Assembly: GCA_965644295.1 (NCBI GenBank)
Contig: CBFFRP010000071.1
Location: 62,001 to 126,000 of the forward strand
From: Paraphysomonas bandaiensis
Taxonomy: Eukaryota > Protista > Chrysophyceae
Direction: 5' to 3'
Length of the DNA stretch: 64,000 nt
The notes under the pieces are model-generated. The model had not been told where the DNA came from. It did no database searches and saw nothing but the letters and a program-made list of their open reading frames with translations. Shown here in pieces: positions 55,495-64,000 of this stretch (the stretch's first letter is position 1; every line of letters starts with the position of its first letter). A program made the position numbers and the translations under genes.

Positions 55495-56101
55495 CTAAAA
55501 GTTAATTAGACAATAATTGGCACATCATAATAATTAGATAAAGAGAATGAAATCTGCGGCGCCACCTGCACCGAATCCGCCTGCACCTCTTCCACCAGCT
55601 GAAATTCTATGTGAACTTCCAGTCGTCGCTTCTTCTCCTCTCGTCGCGACGTCGACACCCCTGCAGCAGACGATTCCGTGTGTGGACAGACACAATGTGT
55701 TCGATGATGTAGCTAATGAGTACATGCAACAACAAATTATGCAGGATCGAACAGGTCGTGTAATACACTATCATGAGCAAACCCTGAGGCTTCATATTTA
55801 CGAGAATCTTCTAATGCGGAGAGGTAGATAGTAGTTTGTACTGCTATTTCTAACTACTTCTGTAGAAATTTAACTCTTATAGAAGTTTAAGTTAATAATA
55901 ATTGCGTTGAAAACTCAGCCTTGTAATTTTTTTAATATAACAATATTACTTTTAGTATCTACTATTCATCAACAAAACCTGGTAAAATCACTTTACCAGG
56001 TTTGGTCATCACATCGTCTTCTTGTAAAGAGTAGCTAATTTAATTAGTAGACAATAATTGGAAATTAATTGCAATTATAATTACGCAGCTATAACTAATG
56101 T

Positions 56102-56538
56102 CCCATTCCGAGAGCGTACCCTAGTAAAGTGCTAGTGGTAAAATTAAGCGAAGTGACGTATTTAGATTGTTAATAAAAATCTCAGCTTATTCTGTGTGTG
56201 TTGGCACCAAGAAAGCTCTAGCTAGATCTACATTTTACTTGCATAGCCTATATGAGAGTACGAGAAACTCCGCGCAATCTTTGTTACGTAATAATGGGAA
56301 AATACACATGGTCCTATACCAGAATAATCTGCGCGAATTACATATATAAAAGTCATGCATAGTTATGAGAAATCCCACGTAATCTCAGGCAAGATAAACA
56401 CAGGATCTGCACGTGATCTACGCGGTCAGCTACGTTAGTGCACTTGTAGTCGGGTGGTAAAATCAGTGCTATATTATCTCGGTGTTAGAGGTGGTGCACC
56501 AGCTAGCCTACAATATGTGGCCACGCCCTCGAAATGGG
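56102..56538. mobile_element. MITE with 16-bp TIRs (CCCATTCCGAGAGCGT)
   Basis: Right end acgccctcgaaatggg is the inverse with 2 mismatches; a second partial copy lies at 48189; no clear TSD. Confidence 0.7.
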
Positions 56539-56678
56539 GCAATCCAATATATTGTTGACTGGCCCTAATTATTCAACCTCTAGTCAAAATGGATTCACAG
56601 TTGTTGCGGGTACCCTACTGCAAGGCAGAATGAGCTAGACAAGATAATCTCATCTTACACATTTCTTTTATGAAGAGA

Positions 56679-58005
56679 AGTAGTAGATGTCTGATTATTA
56701 GCAATAGGCGTGTAATAGTCAGAACTAATGTAGCAGCAAAACAATTTAACTAACTAGTGCTAAACTCTGATATTCTACTATATATCATTATCAATGATTA
56801 AATCTGGTACCATACATTATTTAACCCTACGAAAGCAGCTTGTGAATCACCCCAAGCAATAATGTTCAACCACTTTTTCTCTCTGTCCTTAAGGTAAACT
56901 AGCCCAGATGCTTGACTTCAGTAGTCAGCTCAATGCCCCGGATGGCCTTGCGGTAGGCCCATTACCGGATGCCTGTTTATTCGTCAAGGCCTAAATTATA
57001 TTGATCCTTCAACATATAGTTGCACTCACAGTTTTTGCAGTACTCTGGGGGATAAGTACATAAGATATTTCTCCAGGAAACTAACGTGAGACGCATATAC
57101 AGTATAGTAGAGAGCAGATATTGTTTTGCCCACTCATTGCTTATAGCCAAATGCTTGTGTGGTACAAGGGGACACCAATAAGTGTCACTTGTGTAGACGT
57201 CATTGGACCTTGTCGAATAAACAGGCATCTGGGAATGGCCCCACCTCAACAAGGGCATCCGGGGTATTGAGCTGCATGCTGAAGTCATGCATTCGGGCTG
57301 TTTACCTTAAGGACTCAACAATCCTGACGTTAGCAGATGTCAAGTATATCAACATTCTGCTTTTAGTGATAGAGCGAAGGTGGTCGCACCGTGGTTGCGC
57401 CGTGGTGCTTGCGGTGACGCACAAGAAGCTTTCGTAGCGCTAAATAATAGGATATCAGAGTTAAGCACTAGTTAGTAGTTAATATCTTTTTCTAAATTAG
57501 TTCTGACTCATTCACCCCTATTACTAATAATCAGAAATTTACTACTGCCTGTTTATTCGTCAGGACTCAAAATGACGTCTACACAAGTGACACTTATTAA
57601 TGTCTCTTGTTCCACACAAGCATTTGGCCATGAGCTATGAGTAGGCAAAACAATATCTGCTGACTATAAATGCGTCTCACGTTAGATTTCCGGAGAATTA
57701 TCTCATGTACTTATCCCCCAGAACATCACAAAAAAGTTACGAGTCGGAATATGTTGAGAGAAATGTTATATATAAATGTCTGTTTATTAGCAATAGGTGT
57801 TGTTTCAATACTAGACACACCCTTCTCATGTAATATTCAGATATTCTATATATATGTAGGTGTTGTTTTAGAATCAGAACCAGCTTAGTATCTAGGTATC
57901 AGACTAGTCAAATCTCGATAAGCATCTACCATAAACGAAGTAGTTTAACTCTGATTATCCTACTATTAAAGCTACAAAATTTGCTTGTGCGTACCCGCAG
58001 GAACC
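56679..58005. mobile_element. Foldback-family element (56679-57546, about 300-bp imperfect arms) plus adjoining partial modules
   Basis: agtagtagatgtctgattattagcaatagg pairs with cctattactaataatcagaaatttactact, and inner modules are mirrored around a central block. Confidence 0.8.
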
Positions 58006-58404
58006 AGCGACGCGTCTGTCGTGTTACCAAATGCTATATATGATCATATGTCATCTTGAAATCAGTCATGGTAGGGTGTTCAAATAGATTATTTTACAAT
58101 CTACAGAGAGAAAAGCTAAAGTTTGGCGAGTTAAAACTGATAAATTAACACAGAAGCCAAATACATCAGTAAGACCCATGTATATAATATGTGTAAACAC
58201 ATTTTAAAACTAGAATTTTCAATGGAATGAGTTTCCAAAAATAGTATGCACACAGTTAATATCTGCAAGACATATTGTTTACTTATCTACGCACGAATAT
58301 CGTTTCTCCAACATAATATGCATAAACAGCAGTTCGATTTAAAAATTAGCTGTCCATAGACTTTATTCTAAATCATATAACAAACAAGAATTTTTTAAAA
58401 AACG

Positions 58405-61400
58405 TCATTGAAATCTCATACGGGTCATAATACGATCTAAATCTTCTGTACTCAGGTTTTGGATTTTATTGTACTTCACCACAAATCTTGTTTTCGGTTG
58501 TGACTTAGTAGCAACTAATAGATCTTCGATTCCTGACATCCTACTCATTGCCAACGTATACCTCACTGACAAAACGGATAAACTACGTTCACTGGGCAAG
58601 TCTGTCCCTGCTTTTATGGCTGTTGTTTCGGGACGGCGCTCTGACGGACGTGAATCCCATGATTCCTGGTCATACTTAATAAGTGCTTCCTCCAGGCAGG
58701 AGGTGTTGATGGTCAGTATATTTCGTCTGACCACACTAGGTCCTCCAGTTGATACTTTGTTCGTTTTATTGTCATCATCCTCACTCTGCTCCTTGCCTAA
58801 TTTCACAATAAATGCTGTAATGAAGAATGACGTGATGACATTCATCATCAGCAGTACACCTACACAGTACCACGTGATAAAAAACGGACGGGCCGTAGAC
58901 CGAGAGGTTACTGCAGAAAGACCGCCCGTAATGACATCCCATCCACTGACGTGTAAACAGACCACCAAAATTACAAAGCTGTTTCCCATGTCATTGAAAT
59001 TCAGCTCGAAGAAGTCGCGATCACCAAATTCTGTGCCTAACAGCTTATTATACTGATCCTCATTGGGGTCCTTATTAATTAGACCACCAAATAATGACAT
59101 GCCAAGTGCAGCAAAGGCAAACATAATCACAAAAAATGGGACCGCAATATTGACCACGCTTAATAACGCCGTTCTGATTGAGGCGAACATGAAGTGAACA
59201 TCAAGGGCAGGAAACAAATATCCAACATTTCTCAAAAAGAAACAGCCTCGAAACCAAAGCAATATCCTGCAGAAAAGCATCGTGAAACAGGATAACGCAA
59301 CGAATTTTTCCAAACCTATGTGCTCCTACAAAGAATGACACATGCTGTGAGGTGGCAACGTGCGCGCATCCACCAAACAAAACAAGAACAACTGCAACCA
59401 AAATGTCCAATCGGTGCCATGAAAACGACCAAACTCGCCTTGGGCCTACTATTCCAAGCTTCAATATGACATCAACGACCAGTAATATCCCGACAACAGC
59501 GAAGATGTGTGATTCGCCTTTATGATCAAAAAAATTCTTTCTGACCCCTCGTAATATTATGCCAGTACATATCAAGGTAAGTACTGATAAATCAAACACG
59601 ATTCTGTAAAACTTAGACAAAAACAATTTATACAGGAGTAGAAATGACTTATGTCGGACCACAAGTGGTATTACTGCATTCAAATAGTGGCCCTCAACCT
59701 ACACGAAATAAGAAAAGGTGTAAAGGGACATCAAAACTAACCTCTTGTATGACAGTAACTCGTAGAAGATCCAAAATCATCAAAAACTCTTCGAAGTAGA
59801 CCCTACCGTCACCATTGATATCCAACGCTCTGAGCAACAAAGCACGCTCACGATTCGATGGTACATGCTTTCGAAAACTTGAGTAATGCTCATAAAGTTC
59901 CTCTAGAACTTCGTTCACTTGTTTATATGTGAGGTACCCGACACGATGCACGTCAAGTGATTGATAAGCAAGGGTAAGATTCTTCACTCGAAAAGCAGTG
60001 CTGTCAAATTCAACACTTTGCCTTCCCGACTCAAAAGCTGCAAATACGACCACCAGGATAGCTTTCAAGTAAAGGAAAGAGCCACATGTTATAACGACAA
60101 AGAAATATATCATTGTCCATCTTCTGTCGTTGTATCCAGGTATTAACTGGTCTGGAAAACTGGAGGATGTTATTGCAACAAACATGGTCCATATACTCTC
60201 CCCCAACGAACCAAAGTACTGCTCGTTTGAATCGGGAGTGGTTGCATCATCCTTGAATATGACTCGCCCTATAGTTCCTCCAATCAACACTAAAATAAGA
60301 AGTGATAGTATCATTATAAAAAACCTAAGCAATCATATTCAATTAGGTCAACACTTCACATATAGGTTTACGTACAAAGGCAAAGTCTTAATCAGTACAA
60401 AAAGGCCATTCATGTAGATTACATTGAACCACAGCATATATAACAATGCTGTCCATTGAGTTGCCCATACACAAAACCAATCAATGTTGGTATTCCCCCC
60501 CATACTCAAAGAAAGCACCTGCAAAAGAATGACCGCCATGTTGAAAGATATCATAAGTGGGAGTGCAACAGATTGAAACCATTGGGAAATGATCTCGATT
60601 AGAGTCGGATCAGATCTCTGTATACCAGATGCATGAGGCTGCGGCTGTGTACCAATACGAGAAACGTCAGTTTTTTCCGCCGCTTTAGATTCCGAAGATC
60701 TTTTTTCTTGAATCCCATATTTTGATTGAGTACCTTTTTTTGTGTCTGATGCATGTTTCAAGGAGTCACACCTGTCAACACCCCCAACTGCCTCATCTAC
60801 AACTGGACTTTTCGAACTACTTAGAGAAGTTGAGAGTGTTCTATTACTTCGTATCAATTTTTCCTCATACGACTTGTAACCGAACTCCAATATTAATCCC
60901 CAGGTAATTACGCACGTTAATATTATAGTTATCACACTCGCTAGAGATCTGTCCAATCTAGGAATATTCGAATTGGGATACAATGCACCGTCGTTCCAAT
61001 CAGATGAGGCACCACTGTGGTAAGTCCAATACGGTCTCGTAACAAACGGCAGCACGCACAGGAGCCACGTTGCCAGTCTAAATACTCGAGAATACTGCAT
61101 TGATATCAACACACTTCATTGCTACGAGTGAATCTATTACAAACCTTTTTGCTTTCTCTGTAACAAAGGTAGTTAAATCGCGAGTGAAAGTTAATTCTTT
61201 CTTGACCATTCTTGGCGCACTGCATGAGGGCCGCTGCGTACTCCACCACAGACACACTTTCCCGCTTCTGCTCCCACAATGACTGGTAACAAAGAGATAA
61301 CATACTTTACGCCAGAAGAATACATGGCACAAAACTCACCTGTAGTAATCGCGGTAAAACGCTGCTGGTCTCAGTATTTCTAGCTGCGGGTGGGATGTCG

Positions 61401-64000
61401 AAAGCTGGAATGTCAGTCGCAGACATTGATAACTGCGAGATAGTTGTAGCGTGAGTATTATGATTAGAATTATCATCTTGAAAAGAAATTTCTCGTTGAA
61501 GCAATTTTGTAGACTTCCTGTCTATTAACCGTTCAGACGGCCGCAAGGGTTGTGTAAATGTAGATCGATATATATCCAGCCCACCTCCAGATTCAAAAGT
61601 CACTGGTACAATGACACTACTTCTTCCAGATGACGCTCGATTATCTTTGGAATCAGCAAGGCGTTCAGGAGTTGACTCAACCCCTGAAATCGTTATATCG
61701 CTGCCACTATCCTCCGACTGTGGCACCTCATCCAAAAGTTTCGCAGTGTACATAGCTCGCGATATATCCGCTGCCTCTAACTGAGGGGCATTCATCCACT
61801 GATACACGTCATCGCAATAGAATGACTGGTGCGTAGACAATGGTTCCTCCTCAGTAGTTGGAGGGGGTCTTGCAGCCTTGGATATATCGACCACTTCACC
61901 TTCAACAAGACTCTCTGACGACGACTCAGGCACGACATAATCAGAAGCAGTAGTGGATATCTCATCTCTCCCGACACTATCCTCTTTTATGCACGCCTTT
62001 GTACCACAACTTCTTGAAAGCCAAAAGACCATAAATCCGTTAAGAAGTGAGGCGGTAAAAAGGTTAAGAAGCAAGAGTACGCCAATCACATACCACATCA
62101 CAAAATATAACCTTGAAGAAGTGCCGTTAGTCACTGATTCTATGCCTTCCGAGGTGATGTCCATGTTATTGACCATAAGGAGCGTAAAGAGTGTACCCAT
62201 TGCAGATAAGATATCATTGAAATTTAAAACATAATAGTTCTTTTCACCGAAAGATGTTTCTGATAGTGTCGTATACGTACCATTACCGGATGCCTGAATG
62301 AACCCACCAAATGCCTGCGGTGCGTAGTTACCAAAGAAAATCAACAATGTCACTAAGACTACTAACCTTAACTCCAACCCCAGCAAATACTAACCCAATG
62401 GTCAGTAATAACAGCAGCAACAGAATAACATCCAGAGCACCTAGCATAATATAAACGCATAAAACAGTATTTTTAATGACTGCATACCGACTACGCAACG
62501 ACGTATTCCAAATTTAAGAGCACGCCGATAGGGTCTCATAGAATCCAACAGAAAGATGTTGCGTGGAAACAAAATCACGCGAACAGCTGCAGCATATATA
62601 AAAGTGGTGCGTGAAAAATCAACCAGGACCACTCCAGCCTGAGTAATGGTTACAATAATTCATGCACAACTGTGTAAAGTGTATACAAAGCACAATCTAA
62701 TGCCGATACGCCAATATGATGATTGCATTACACATACCATGACAGTAGTTAGAGCCATGTCTTGAAAATATCTATAACTCGCCAGAAATCTAACGCCCAC
62801 AGTGTGAAAGGGTGCGGCAAAAAACATCACATCATACCTTCTTATTCCCTTGGCCCACATTCTCAATATAGTTTCCAGTACACAAAACACAGTGATAACT
62901 ACCGCTAGGGCAAAATCACATGCACCGCACACCGCAGCGAAACAGAGGCACGTCACAATGAAGTCATGTGAAAACTCAAATTCTTTGCAGTTAATCTGCG
63001 CACTTAGCCATTGTACAGAAGCAAATGCCGGCATTGCGAGCTGTCCTAAACCAGATTGCACGGAGTCCAAACGCGGTTTCGACTTCAGAAGATACTCATA
63101 TCGCGAGGCAAGCCATTGTAGGCGTATATCATTGTCGAAAAAAATGACAATATCGTTAGAATCCTGAGCGACTTGTGGCATGGAAACATCAGGAGAGTTT
63201 GACAAAACAACACTACCCCTGCCCGGAATTACAGATGGAAGTAGCATTGGGTGGTCATGAGAAAAACTCAGTAAGTCTTGAACATTTTCATTGTGATATG
63301 TATTGACATCAAACACACCTTCCGATATGCCCCGATTATCACCGGAGAAAGATACATCTGCTACATCTTCACAAATACTTTCGAGAACAGAACCCCTATC
63401 ATAGATAGATCGCATTTCAGGTGATGCATTCAATTCCATATCTATTGGTTTGCTACAACTGAGCACTGGAAGTGATTTAAGAAACTTGGCACAGTCCGTC
63501 TCAAGAACGACAGTAAGAAACAACTGGAAGAATAACTCACGTGGCATCCCAGAGTCGTAAATGTTCTTCACAGCATCAGACCGACGGTGTACAGCAGTCT
63601 TTCTCAAAGTAGATACAGAGGAGCGAATTCCAAAAGCATAACTGTACGAAGTCGCCATCGCTTCTCCGTGTAAACGAAGCAAAGGCTGAATATCCAACAG
63701 CGGTAGAGGAGAGGTGTATTCCTCAAACCAGTCGAAATTTGGACGAAATTTCTTCAATATCTTTGCCTTTGACCACGGGTCTTCATCCTGTTGTCTCATA
63801 TGTTCCTGTGTGTCTTCCATAGGCTTCGATTTGACTTTGGAAGGTGCAGAGTCTGCTGAAGAAGCTTGTGTAGGCCTATAATCTCGTTGTACGCGTAATG
63901 TCTCCAATTGAGCCGCTCTGTAGTGAATATTCATAACAGCCAAAAGTATGTCAGTATCTTCGTTGAACTCGGAATCTCTTGCCTCCAATCCACTTTCCGG
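58405..64000 (-). CDS. Two-pore-channel-like cation channel, apparently two TPC units in one polypeptide (5' end outside the window)
   Basis: Three pore domains are visible (LLMVNNMD, AITSSSFPD, CLHVSGWD), with paired EF-hands DVHRVGYLTYKQ and DINGDGRVYFEE, joined by in-frame GT-AG introns. Stop at 58405. Confidence 0.82.

Noticed and set aside
55547-55831. Pro-rich 94-aa ORF inside the transposon relic
   Set aside because: It has no recognisable domain or supporting context.
55975-56003. Perfect 12-bp hairpin aaacctggtaaa-atcac-tttaccaggttt
   Set aside because: It is a single occurrence in transposon subterminal DNA; there is no support for a terminator or a Helitron end.

Overview
This is gene-dense eukaryotic nuclear DNA, most consistent with a stramenopile protist (possibly an ochrophyte or chrysophyte; inferred from the ubiquitin sequence, GT-AG introns that are mostly 44-65 nt, CryptonS-like and hAT relics, and the gene set). 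About 14 genes can be reconstructed across introns: hexa-ubiquitin, a divergent cellulose-synthase-like GT2, biotin-protein ligase, a DTW-domain protein, a CBM20-TPS-TPP trehalose enzyme, an LRR protein, an NWD1-like STAND-WD40 protein, a CDP-alcohol phosphotransferase, an SDR, an EXD1-like exonuclease-KH protein, a JmjC/cupin, a Ser/Thr kinase, a myristoylated EF-hand-like protein, an ankyrin-PARP, and the 3' part of a tandem two-pore-channel-like gene. The standout is the ankyrin-PARP gene (49175-52657). Nine consecutive 99-nt phase-0 exons each encode exactly one ankyrin repeat. They vary mainly at the ligand-binding positions, are mosaics of one another, and are separated by homologous introns that all carry a palindrome over the presumed branch point. 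This is a candidate diversifying receptor-effector system, and a decayed tyrosine-recombinase/hAT composite lies directly downstream. Intergenic DNA holds a modular foldback repeat family found only between convergent genes, a triple-nested MITE stack, and TACA/TATG microsatellites at divergent promoters.
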